A DNA stretch of 63,838 nt, filler included, from Basidiobolus ranarum (Eukaryota), in assembly GCA_040143965.1 (NCBI GenBank). It is 17 parts of 17 records of this genome, joined end to end, with 100 filler letters (N's around TTAATTAATTAA, not from the genome) between each part and the next. Parts side by side here need not be neighbours in the genome. Positions count along the whole stretch, not along the records: positions 1 to 3,674 come from JASJQH010002338.1; positions 3,775 to 7,447 come from JASJQH010002339.1; positions 7,548 to 11,219 come from JASJQH010002340.1; positions 11,320 to 14,987 come from JASJQH010002341.1; 13 more parts are not named here. One strand, written 5' to 3'. Below are positions 1 through 11,479 of this stretch, piece by piece (positions within the stretch are counted from its first letter, which is position 1; the number at the start of each line of letters is the position of its first letter). A program made the translations under genes and the position numbers. Below the pieces are notes generated by a model. The model did no database searches. It saw only the letters and a program-made list of their open reading frames with translations, and was not told where the DNA came from.

Positions 1-1570
1 GCAATTTGTTGATTTCTAACTTGTATAAGTTTTGAGCTTTGATCCCAGTAGCTAATTTGGTATTATTTGGATCTGTGATAGTGAATCCAGCATAACTGAA
101 CACAAAATTTAGGCCTTGAGTTGTTGCTTGGCTTACTGAGAGTGGATTCAAGGCTATATTTAGTACATAGAGTACATCATCTAATTTTGCAGATGGTGTA
201 TTGAAGTATGGTCTAAATTGAGTACCACTGTGCCCTTGCCAACTGCATCTAGTGCATAGTCATCATCTAACTAGACTTTCCTTGTTTGGATTGGTTTTAA
301 GCTGGAAAACCAGTCTTTCCTGTTTGACATATGCTGGAAAACTCTTCAATCAATGTATCATGTTTCTGAAGCTTCATTAATGGTTACTGATAGGGAAGAC
401 ACAAATAGATGATCACTATCAGTGCTTACTTGATTTGCTTGCTCATATTTTAGCTTTTTGGCAAAAATCCTTTTTCTGCAATCTTTGATTAAATGGCCCG
501 GTTTCTTGCAATACTTGCAGATGATTAATTTCCAAATAGAGGCCCCATTATTGAAGCCTGTTGGACATTTTACAGCTTCAAAAAATTCCTGTTCTGCATT
601 ATTTTTCTGAGAATAAGATCTCAATTTTCATTCACAAGCCTAGAACCAACATATTCCATTGTTGGTTTCTCTGATCTTGATTCAAGAGTAATTATGAGTT
701 TCCCAAACTTGTCTGGCAGGCTCTCTAACAGTGTCATGACTAAGTCATCTTCATTTAGAGGTGCTCCAATGGATGAGAGCTGAGCTGCCATATTTTATCA
801 ATCTTGATGATTAAGCATAGAATCATCGGAATTCATCTGAATTGAGAATAACTTTTGCCTAAGATATAGCATCTTAGCCAGACTTTTAGTCTTGTATAGT
901 CCCTAAAGTGTTTCCCAAGAATTTTGGATGTTTTTGGCTGATTGTGTATGCCTCAATTGAGAATCTCTGAGATGTAGATAAAGTGTAGAGAGTGCTTTCC
1001 TCTGCTTCTTGCGAAAGGCAAGGAAAGTTTTTGGTGGACCCTTTGGCTCTATTTCTTCTCCTGTAATAAATTCCCAAAGGTCCTTGTCTTCTAGCACCAT
1101 TTTCATCTTGAACTTCCCAAGGTGAAAGTCTTCACCATTAAACTTCTCTGTGGATGCAAAAACATTGGTAATAGTATTGGTAGACATTCCTTTAACAGCT
1201 AGCTGTGAGCTCATAACCTGATAAAAGTGTTTAGGGGATTTGGAAGTTTATTGGACAAGATTTGGATTTGTGAATGAGTCACTTAAGTAATGTTGAATTT
1301 ATTATGTCCAATTGATAGTTTGCTATTATATAGGACTATTTGACATGCTTAGATCATAACCAACATGCCTGTTAAGCATGGGTGAAAATTTGAAATGATT
1401 TGGAGAAGTTTTGAGAAAATACTAAAAATTGGTAAAAGTGATCAAATTGATATTTCTATCAATTAGAGCAATAAACACTTGTTTTTGAATGACAGAATTG
1501 AGTGCTAAATAATCTGAATTTAAATAAAGCAACTACTAAATAATGAGTAGCAATTTACCTAATTTCAACA
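1..1570 (-). mobile_element. Degenerate Ty1/copia retrotransposon 5' end (LTR family A 1219-1570, PBS, gag, zinc knuckle, protease remnant)
   Basis: Gag motif EKFNGEDFHLGKFKMKMVLEDKDLW and CCHC knuckle CKYCKKPGHLIKDC are present. The LTR reads TGTTGAAA...TTTTATCA and is followed by GGTTATGAGC. The coding region has multiple stops and frameshifts. Confidence 0.93.
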
Positions 1571-1990
1571 AGTCTAACATCAAACTTGTTATTGGCCATA
1601 CACTCAAGATTATATTGTTTAAAGGGATCAGCTGGAGCCAGAGCTTCCCATCATGCAGTATGCACTTACTATTCAATAACTTTCCAATACCACTTACTCA
1701 GCTATCCAGTGGTAAATTCAATTAAAATGAACCTTTTGAGATAGGATCAAAGTTTCAATTCATTCTGATAATGCTTGAAAACATCAAGAGACCATCATAT
1801 TTTACCAGGACTCCCTTGAATATCACTCATATAAGCATTAACTCAAATGCAAAGACAGGAAGTAAGGGCTTTGTATTTATTTAGGTGGAATCTTGAAAAG
1901 ATATCTGGCTAATAAGTATTGGCAACATTGGGAGCTGTTTGTGGACATTGATAATATATCCTTATGGCAATAACTCACAATGGCAGATCT
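1571..1990 (+). mobile_element. CACTA/EnSpm-like transposase remnant, interrupted by the copia element
   Basis: GISWSQSFPSCSMHLLFNN is homologous to the copies at ~9050-9350 and ~54220-54500. Confidence 0.7.
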
Positions 1991-2099
1991 CTTGCACAGA
2001 TCAGCTACTGGATCAATTCAATAAAGCCAAAAATCTCAGCCTCATTGATCTTATATCAGGCTACAACTATGTCAAAATGTGAACAGATGATGTGCCCAA

Positions 2100-3660
2100 T
2101 CCCTAACAGATATTCAAGGACTGTTACTGTAGGAAAACCCACACAATTTTAATCCATTTTAAATTGACTCTTCACTTGCCATTGTAAAATTGTCAACTCA
2201 GATTTGATTTTAATCAATTTTTTTGGTTTCAGGAGTCAAATTTCACAATCTTACAAAATAGTGGCACATGATTGGCTCCAATTTCAGAGAGTTATGGATC
2301 ATCATATGTACAAAAAATGTAACTTGGATTGTACACTTTTACCACATGAATGCTAATTTGTCACCTTTGAAATCCCTAGTTTCTTTGATATATTCTCCTG
2401 AATATTTTATAGAGTTCTTAATACCCATGGTTTAGCTCGTATCCAACACAAGTTAGTATTAATATCTCCCTCAGAACCCACCATTTTATTAACGCTGCCA
2501 AATCAACATTCTTCCAGCTATCTGGCAGATACCTTGCATCATTATGCCACTCTATATTAAGTTCCTCCCAGATATCTGCATAGTCAACACCAAATTGAAA
2601 ATCAAGTTGAATGTTCTTCTTCTGAAGCCACTTTCTGAATACTTGCACTGAGTTTTTCCCTTCATACTTTTAAAAATACACCTCAAGCACTTTTACTTTT
2701 TTTGTATGTTCCTACAGTGTGACACTATTTTGAGTGCATTGTAGTATTTGTGCAGCTTTTTTATTGTCTTTAAGTTTGGGTTAATTTCAACACTTTGAAA
2801 AGTTTCAGTTGACATTGGAGAGCCGTGTTCTTTACTAGCTGCTGTTTTGGCTTGTTGAGAGATGCCAGGTATTTAATTAACTTCAAAATTTTGAACTCTT
2901 CCAACCTGTGTACCTGGTTCCATGGAAAATTAAGCCTTTTTGCCAGTGTTTCTCACTATGGAAATATAGAACTTTGTAAGGGTATAAAGAATTTGGTACG
3001 TTGGACTGCAGAGCCTAAATTCACCTGCTACTTTACCTCTCTTTTGGGTTTTCTAACTTCCTGCTCCTTGAATACTTCTCAAGCTGCATTTCTTTCTTTC
3101 CAAGTCAATAAATGTGTACATTTTTAAGATGTTTCATGAATAGGTCTATAGTAGCCCAATAGTCATTTGCTTGCAAAATATCAGGATAAGACACCTGAAA
3201 CAAGTCAAGAATCTGCAGAGTGACACCTAGATTTTGGTCTTTCCATGATTGGGTCAAACTGAGATAATTTTGCTCAAGATTCTGCACAGTATCCAAACCA
3301 TTAAATCATTCATCATTAGAGCAAGTGAAGGCAGCTTTGACATTCAAAGTCTTTTGGTTAGCTGGTTTTCCTATGAGACTTCAACTTTCATGTGCCAAAG
3401 CAATTTTGGGTTGCTGTGTAGGCTTAGTGGTCCAGCACACATTCTGCTCTGCTAGATTGTGACAGTGATATACATATGTTTGGTGTGGTATTGATTAAAA
3501 TCGTGTATGAGAATGGATGGAGGGAGCAGTATATTGCTGTAGCTCAAGTACAGCATTTGGAATGTCAAAAAAAACAAAGCAGCTTTGATTATTGAGGAGT
3601 GTAGAGTTCAATCCAATCTTAGAAACCAGGTGTCTATTGGTCTTCTGATACTGTTACCAC
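2100..3660 (-). repeat. Degenerate multi-copy second ORF (ORF2) of the CACTA-like element
   Basis: Homologous to 30138-31420 (+), 11320-11480, 42090-42310, 44480-44650 and, at its 5' end, 60900-61440. Contains DSWKNVDLAALIKWW, many stops, and is CpG-depleted. Confidence 0.65.
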
Positions 3661-4647
3661 ATCTGATTGGGAACNNNNNNNNNNNNNNNNNNNNNNNNNN
3701 NNNNNNNNNNNNNNNNNNTTAATTAATTAANNNNNNNNNNNNNNNNNNNNNNNNNNNNNNNNNNNNNNNNNNNNTGAGCCCCATTATTATTATTGGGACA
3801 ATTTTGTATTTATATACATATATACACCGCTGAAAGAAACTTATTGCTCCAGTATCTATAACTGTATGGGACATGTAAAAAACTCATTATCTTATATTGC
3901 GAGTTAAACTAAACAAACTCTTATGTAAGCTGTAATTAAGTTATCCAACTCTAAATGTTGGTGCACAACAAGTACGATTAGCCACAATCACTGTTTGTCT
4001 CTATAACTGTACTTTTAGTTGAAATCTTGTGTCAGTGTGATAGATTTGGTATTGGAACATCTACTGACTAGATTCATTGGCTAACAACATATAAGATGGA
4101 CCAATGATTATTGTAAATAAATTCTGTACAACCTGAGCTGTGGTATTGGATTAAAACGAATTTATTTGTGTTGATGCATATAAGAATCAGATATCTAGGA
4201 AGCGTGACTGCTAGTTTGGTTATGCTTTTAATTCCTCGATATACAGTAAACAGTGACATCAGCACAGACTAGTGGGTTACACCGAATTATCCCTTCCTCG
4301 ATGTGTAAGCTAGTGTGAGACACCTTGCTTCATTTGATTTGCTCATTGTCTGTTTGGGATATGAAGTATGCGGTTATAATTGGGCATGATCTTTCTTGTA
4401 TTCATACGGCAATGAAATTTAATCCACCATTGGTTACGGTAGTGATTAGTGGTAGTAGAATTGGAGTTTGCAATAGATGTCTAAAGTGTGTATATGCAGG
4501 AATAGATCATCTGGAGCGAATGTTTACCCCATTGGAGGACTACATTGCTCAGATCCCTTACCTATTCTACTTGGCTGTCCCACTAACCCCTAGAGTTCTC
4601 GTTGTCCAACCTCTGCAATATTTTATATACGTAGTATTCCTTTCGGA

Positions 4648-5646
4648 ATGTCCTCAGTTGATTGCTATACACTTATGACGGGACCATCGTTTGAAGACAA
4701 ACTAGTTAAAGAATTCACAAATATCTCTAATAATGAAGCGTACAAATTAGCCTTTAACGACAGAGTCCTGCGGCGGAGTAATGATGGAAAGTCATTTGTT
4801 GGAAACGATCAACGAGAACATTTCATGCCTCTCTTGATTGACACTATCAAAGATAAGAAAGCCATTTTTGATGTTGGCGCTGGAGCTGGAGAATTCTTAG
4901 ACGAAGTACATTCATACGTTCAACAAGCCACGTTCTACCTGGAGGAACCTAATTCGGTTTTACTCAATCAGTACAAAGAACGCTTACAACAATATAACTT
5001 TCCACTAGGAGGCGCCGATGAGCGCACTATACAGGAATACTTGAAAGGTGATAATAAGATGGACCCCGTTGACTGTATACTCTGCACGCATATGATATAT
5101 CACCTGACCGACTTCACCTCCAAGAAAATTCAGCCGAAAGAAGATTTGATTGATTTTATTACGGGATTATATGACCAACTACGAGATGAAGGTTGTATTT
5201 TTTTGGTGTATGCAGATTTGGAAACAGCGTATGCCGGCAAGATTGCACTCAGCTATTTTGAAACGTTGGAGCAAACACATTATCACTCCAATTTATCGAA
5301 ACTTTACAAAGCACGAAATGATTTATTGAGAGACCAGGGAGCACTTTCTGTATTACAATCATTGCATCCTAATGATAGTATCACCATGGAGTCCCATCTG
5401 TTCCCAAGTCGATTCTATGGAGATAGCATCGCTGATCTGGCAGCGATGAGTTTGGTTGGTGAATTGATAGAATCCAGCGAAAAGACCTTTGAAATTCAGA
5501 AACTCAAGCATGCCATCCATGTGTTGAACCAACCCAACAATGGAATCCAATTACTCAAGGAGGGCATGTGGAGTGCTAATGAAGAGCAAGTAGTATGTAT
5601 TATCAGAAAAATTCCCCCAAAAGAATCCATGTTGAATTGGCCCTAA
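4648..5646 (+). CDS. Class I SAM-dependent methyltransferase, intronless (loosely histamine-N-methyltransferase-like); start may be ATG 4675
   Basis: 332-aa ORF with motif I IFDVGAGAGE, acidic post-I YLEEPN, DCILCTHMIYHL and L..EGCIFLV. CpG content is normal. Confidence 0.88.
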   Translation: MSSVDCYTLMTGPSFEDKLVKEFTNISNNEAYKLAFNDRVLRRSNDGKSFVGNDQREHFMPLLIDTIKDKKAIFDVGAGAGEFLDEVHSYVQQATFYLEEPNSVLLNQYKERLQQYNFPLGGADERTIQEYLKGDNKMDPVDCILCTHMIYHLTDFTSKKIQPKEDLIDFITGLYDQLRDEGCIFLVYADLETAYAGKIALSYFETLEQTHYHSNLSKLYKARNDLLRDQGALSVLQSLHPNDSITMESHLFPSRFYGDSIADLAAMSLVGELIESSEKTFEIQKLKHAIHVLNQPNNGIQLLKEGMWSANEEQVVCIIRKIPPKESMLNWP

Positions 5647-7089
5647 TCTCACCCGGGTGGTTTTTAGGAGGAAATGGAATTTAATAAAGTGACCATAGCA
5701 CCACTAAACTGGAAATAGGTTCGGTTGTTTTGGTTAGGGTCTAATTCTAACCCTTTCAAACTTGGCCTTAGGGTTAGGGCCATACTTAGCATATCAATAT
5801 CAGCGACTCTAATTGTCTTTCTTTCTCATCTTTCGGACCCAATTGATATGCTTCACAAGGGGTAACAACCCCTACTCTTAATTTCCATCAATGGCACAAT
5901 GGCAGATTAGAATTCTGCGAGAATTCTACAGAATAGATAAATCTGGTCACCTGATCTCCCCATGGAAGCAGTGGGAAAATGTTAAAGCCAACTAACTGGT
6001 TATTAGTTAACTTTTTACTGGCAACATGGTTGGCCAGAATTTTGGGGGGCTTATGGCCATGACATGAACATCATCTCAGAGAACGAATTGGGGAAAAGTA
6101 GAATGCCCACAGTTCAGATAGCAAACGTAATTTCGGATTTAAACAGTATCATGGGTTAGGTGTGGTCATATTAGTTAGCGTTACTCTCCTTGATGAACTT
6201 GATCCATCATGGTTGGTCATTTGCTCATATTCAAGCGCTAGAGTTAGTGTTCGAAAAGTATGCATATATCCTCCATATGGTGGGAAAATCTCACCACCGC
6301 ATTCTGACCAGTAATATTTGAGCGGAGATATTATTATGATTTGCTAACGCTAGGTTCCAAGTCATTAACTTTCCATCAACAATGGAATTTGCAGGTAAGC
6401 AACATTACTAATATATTCATACACAAGGCTAGTCAGGGATTTTTCTAGTGAGAGCCAGGGTTGAGGTTCATTTGGCGAATCAGCTAAGCGTATTAGTATA
6501 CAGGAATACAAGAAATACTCGATCAATCTTCCGGAACACTGTGAAGTGTTTAGATCGGAGTAAGAGAAGCCACCTAAATTTGGTACCTTCTTCTAGTTTA
6601 GCTGATTATCCAAAAGTAGAGGTTAAGGACTAACGATGGCTTACGACATCCCGTTAGATTTCCTAAATATATCCAAAAGTATGTGGAGATTTTGACTACT
6701 CCTGGTAATACTGGTCATGTTACATTCATGGCGTACAATTAAAATGGTTTCCTCGAATTTAACTTTCTAAATCCAAAATCGAAGCTCACTCTAGTCCGCC
6801 CATTAGAATGGAAAGAGATTCCGCAAGAATATTTATCTGGCAACAGATCCAACCAAAGGTGCTTAACAAATAATGGCTGACCCTCCAATAGTTCAATCAC
6901 AGGATAAGTGACTGCTTGAACGAATATATCCACTTCAATCGGGATTAGCGATATTCGGCAAATCTAGTTTATTCAGCAGCCCTTCCGATATCTGAGTTTT
7001 CGTCAGAAGAGTTGCCTGGTCCTCCGGTAGAGATTAACTAATTGTTCATGTTTTGAAATTTCAAGTTCAACTTTCATTTTCTCGTCGAG

Positions 7090-7097
7090 TATAAATA
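7090..7097 (+). promoter_or_regulatory. TATA box upstream of the hexosaminidase gene
   Basis: TATAAATA lies 79 nt upstream of ATG 7169 and is followed by a pyrimidine/A-rich leader. Confidence 0.55.
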
Positions 7098-7168
7098 ACC
7101 CCATCTGCACTTAAACTCAACCTCATTCAATACTTCTCCACTCTTTCAAAGGACAATCAACAATTAGA

Positions 7169-7447
7169 ATGGTTGGCGTCAAGCTTCTTGCCTCTATTTC
7201 TCTTCTAGCCACTTCTACCATGGCTTGGGTTTGGCCCATGCCTCAGCAGATGGATGTTGGCAGTGGCATTCTTCGTCTTGACCAACGCCTCAGGATTGAC
7301 TTTGAAACTCCTTGTGAATCTGATGAGACTTACTATGGTAACTATGTGACTCATTGTGAAGATTACGATATCCTTCGCAACGCTGTCAGACGCTACCGTA
7401 AATTGATCTTTAATAAGGGTGAATTTGGCAACCAATTGGACACTGTC
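7169..7447 (+). CDS. Secreted GH20 beta-N-acetylhexosaminidase, 5' fragment truncated by contig end
   Basis: Signal peptide followed by VWPMPQQM and ILRNAVRRYRKLIF, typical of the GH20 N-terminal domain. Confidence 0.8.
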
Positions 7448-7547
7448 NNNNNNNNNNNNNNNNNNNNNNNNNNNNNNNNNNNNNNNNNNNNTTAATTAAT
7501 TAANNNNNNNNNNNNNNNNNNNNNNNNNNNNNNNNNNNNNNNNNNNN

Positions 7548-8263
7548 GGATCTAATAGGGTTTAGTGATGCAGATTGGGGATGTGATATTGAGGACACAA
7601 GATCTATCACTGGATATATCTTTCTCTATAGTGAAGCAGCCATATCTTGGAATAGTCGGAAACAACCCACCATAGCACTTTCAACAACTGAAGCAGAGTA
7701 AATGGCAGCATCACATACAACAAAGGAGGCTATGTGGTTAAGGAAACTGTTCAAAGACTTGGGCATTATTCAAAGTTTACCCACCATAATTTTCAAGGAT
7801 AATCAAAGTTGCATTTCTTTAGCTAAAAATCCTAAATTTCATGCTAGAAGTAAGCACATTGATATTCAACATCACTTTGTTAGGGAAGCTATTGAGAATA
7901 AGCATGTCCAACTGGAGTACTGTCCAACTGAGGACATGATTGCTGACATCCTTACCAAACCATTACCCAAGCCAAAATTTGAAGAATTAAGATTTAAGTT
8001 AGGATTAAGATATATGAATATTTAGTTGAGTGGGAGTGTTGAAGTTTATTGTCTTTATCATATTTGTTATCTCTATCTTTATACACCTAACTATTTCATA
8101 TATCACATATAAGTTAGTTAACATTACTTAGTCAAATATCACTTAGCTGAAAATTGGAACATATATTATATATATATGTGAATAATGTGAGAATTAGCAA
8201 TTCCATATTGGAAATTTCAAACTTGTCCAAATTGCCCCAAAGATAGCTCATTTTACTCCCACA
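7548..8263 (+). mobile_element. Ty1/copia 3' end: RNase H, polypurine tract and short LTR (family D, ~8037-8263)
   Basis: Contains GFSDADWG, DNQSCISLAKNPKFHARSKHIDIQHHFVRE and YCPTEDMIADILTKPL. TTAGTTGAGTGGGAG is followed by TGTTG...CCCACA. Confidence 0.92.
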
Positions 8264-10760
8264 GATGTTCTGAACACAACCCCAGTGTTAGTTTTCTGTA
8301 TTTCCACCAAAAAGTATAAATGCTTTATTTCTGGACAATAAACAATTATCTCACAAAGCTATTCACAACTCCACTTTTCTCAAGTTCCTCCAAACAGCCC
8401 ATACTTTCACAATAAATCCATATCACTAAGAAGTCTGTCTTGCAGCTTTCCTAGAAATACTGTCAGATAATCACATAAACAAATTAGTCCAAATTATACA
8501 GGTACTTACTCTGTGTCCATGGATTGGGTTTTGTTGCTGTTATTATGCCCAAACAATGAAAAAACCCATGAGCACATTGAAAAGAGCCCTTTGTTGGAAG
8601 GTTAATATACTCTGGAGTCTCCTTAACCCATTGCATTACATGCATCACTGCTCTTGCTGATATATTGCTAATCAGATTAGCATATGGTAATACTGACAAT
8701 TTCACACAGAGCATCATTTCACCACAGGTGCTCTTCATTGGGAGCTCCCAGAATGAATAGCAATGGCCTATAATCTCTAAGCATTGCAAAAGATACTGCA
8801 GGGAATGTATTGAATACTGGCATAGAATCAGTCTAACTTCTTTAAGCCTGTAAGAAAGTTTTTCATGTCCAATTACAAAATCTTTGCACAGTTGCTGTAT
8901 CTGCCTGAGATCTGCCAATGTGAGTTGATGCTGTAAGAATATATTAACAATATTGACAAACAACTCCCAATGTTACCAATACTCATCAGGCAGAAATCTT
9001 TTGAAGATTCCACTTGAATATGTACAAATCCAATACTTCCAGTCATTTTATTTGAATAAGCACCTAGATGAGTGGATATTGATGGGAGTCCTGGTAAAAT
9101 ATGATGGTATCTTGACACTTTCAAGTATTTTCCCAATTGATTCAAACTTTGATCCTATCTCAAATGGCTCATATATATTGAATTTTCCATTATATAGCTG
9201 AGTAAGTATTATTGGAATGTTGCTGATTAGTAAGTGCATAGCACCTAATGGGAGGCTCTGGCTCCAGTTGATCCCAGTTAGCAATATAAACTTAGGCTTA
9301 TGGCTAATTCCAAAGTTTGATGTTAGACTGACTAATTGGTGAATTGATATCAATGATCATGCTGAAATCTGACCAGGCTCTTGACAGTAAAATCATGGAG
9401 TTTAGTGTTTTACTTAGATAGTAGTAATGCATATGCTTGATAGAGTAAGCTCCATTCATTTGACAAAAGCTACAGCAACATAGTGCATTGTGCCTGCAAA
9501 AACCTCCAGGTTTACTGATGGCAGAAGTATTACCAATACATACAATGACATTAGCTTCCATAAAATATTTATCCCTCAGAACCCCAGTAAATAACCACAC
9601 ATATTCTGCAATCAAAGGCTACAAGAAGCTATATATAAGCACTGGTGATTTAGGTCCCAATATGATGGATAGTATCAAAATATTGTGACTCTTATACCAT
9701 TCATTGGAAGATTTAAGTTACTTAAAATTATTGGCCAGCAAGCCTTTCCAATGGTATATTTGTTTAGTGAGAAACCATCCAGAGCCAATGCAAATGCATG
9801 CTCATACATGCTCTGAAAGAAACCTTGACTTTTCAGATTCTGGTAGTGATGTCCATCAAGTATATTGGTAATACTCTCAGCTTTATGGTGATTGCTTTGA
9901 TATTGCATCAATGATCTATATTTGGGAGATTTCATCAAAACTTTAAGATGGGGAATCAATGGAATGTAATCAAAATATGAGAAATATTTACCTGATTCAG
10001 TAATTTCCAATTGTGTGCAAACAGTACATGACTTCAGGTTTTTCACATCACTGGTGAAAGCCAAATAACCATTTGGACATGAAGGCAGTTTACTTACTGA
10101 AGGACTATGAGTCATACATTTGACAAGTGTTTTCCACTTGAATCAGGTCTGTGTCAAGCAACAGTTGCATATCAACTGTGGTAAAAGGGTAAGAAAACCA
10201 ATAAACACCTGGTTGCTAAGATTGGATTGAGCTTGCCACTCCTCAATAATCAAAGCTGCTTTCTTCACAGCAAGTGTTATTAGTGTACTAATGCTTACCA
10301 ATAACAAAGAGTCTGTAACAAAATCATCATCTTATTCTTCAACTTCTGATATACTACCATTAGTATGGAATAAGCAAGGTCAACATCTAGTAGTAAGCCC
10401 TTAAAGTTGTCTGGACTTGCTGGTTTGACCAAAGTTGCATTTCCACCTATATCATTCTGGTCATATAGCCATGGGAACTCCATGGTATCTGTACTTTTGG
10501 CAGTATTACCAAAACTTTGAGACAAGCACAGCCAGTGGACTCAGTGGGCAAAACTAAGGTTGATTTTTTGCACTTATTATTGTTGATATTCACCAGGCTT
10601 TGTGCAGCTGGTAGCTTTGTACAGTAACTGTGCTTGTGATCATTATTTCTATGAAGCCTCCAGCTTTTGTAGCACAAGAATTTGTGACAATAATAGCAGG
10701 GCTTCTTTAAACATTTGTGTTGTGGCTTGAGAAGAATAGTGTAGAAAAATGAACACCTCC
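8264..10760 (-). mobile_element. Degenerate CACTA/EnSpm-like (Transposase_21/DUF4218-type) transposase
   Basis: Motifs CPNG.LAF..C..C, YIPLIPHLK, ILDG, LALDGF...CWPIILSNLNLP, G.T.AISK.GGF..H.A..C.FC, MHLL.SNI and WELPM...CG are all present, fragmented by stops. Confidence 0.85.
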
Positions 10761-11111
10761 TAAATAAGGGTGGTATTTCAGGTAAAGCCCATCAATATCA
10801 TCAGCCAATTACAAGACAGTGTTGCAAATGAGTCATAGGGGATTTACAAGATATTTCTGGTAATGGATGGCAATTTTGGTTTATTATAAGCTGTTTCTAA
10901 CCAATTTCATTACACCAAGTTTACTATCTGAAAATTTCAATGCTATTCAAGCAGCATTCAAAATCAAAATCAATTTCCAAGCCAAAGCCTGCTGGCACAA
11001 AAGGAAAAGAACCAGCAAGAACCATGAAGTTAATTGATAAGCAATCTAGCAATCCACTATCTACTTTGGAAAGCATTAACATGCCAGCAACTTACTCAAG
11101 CAATGATGAAT

Positions 11112-11219
11112 CTGTTAAAGTATTTGGGAGCCTGTTGGAAGTGGTTTGGAGAATTAGAGGAATTGGTGGTTTTCACTTATTGATTTATTGAGTAGAAAGT
11201 TGACATTTATAGTTTTGTC
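11112..11219 (-). repeat. Partial LTR family B
   Basis: TGTTAAAGTATTTGGGAGCCTGTTGGAAGTGG matches the copies at 17681 and 18066. Cut by the contig end. Confidence 0.8.
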
Positions 11220-11479
11220 NNNNNNNNNNNNNNNNNNNNNNNNNNNNNNNNNNNNNNNNNNNNTTAATTAATTAANNNNNNNNNNNNNNNNNNNNNNNNN
11301 NNNNNNNNNNNNNNNNNNNCAACTATTTTGTGAGATCTTGAAATTTCACTCCTGAAACTGAAAAAATTGATTAAAATCAAATCTAACTTGACAATTTTAT
11401 GATGGTAAGTAAATGGTCATCCCAAATGGATTAAAATTGTGATGGTTTTCCTACAATAACAATCCTCAAATTTCTGTTA

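Noticed and set aside
4325-4678. 117-aa ORF overlapping the methyltransferase start
   Set aside because: TTG start, no recognisable motif, and no splice evidence linking it to the methyltransferase.
5732-5780. TTAGGG/CCCTAA telomere-like hexamers (also ~18716-18730)
   Set aside because: Only one or two units, internal to contigs. Not a telomere; at most telobox-like sites that cannot be supported further.
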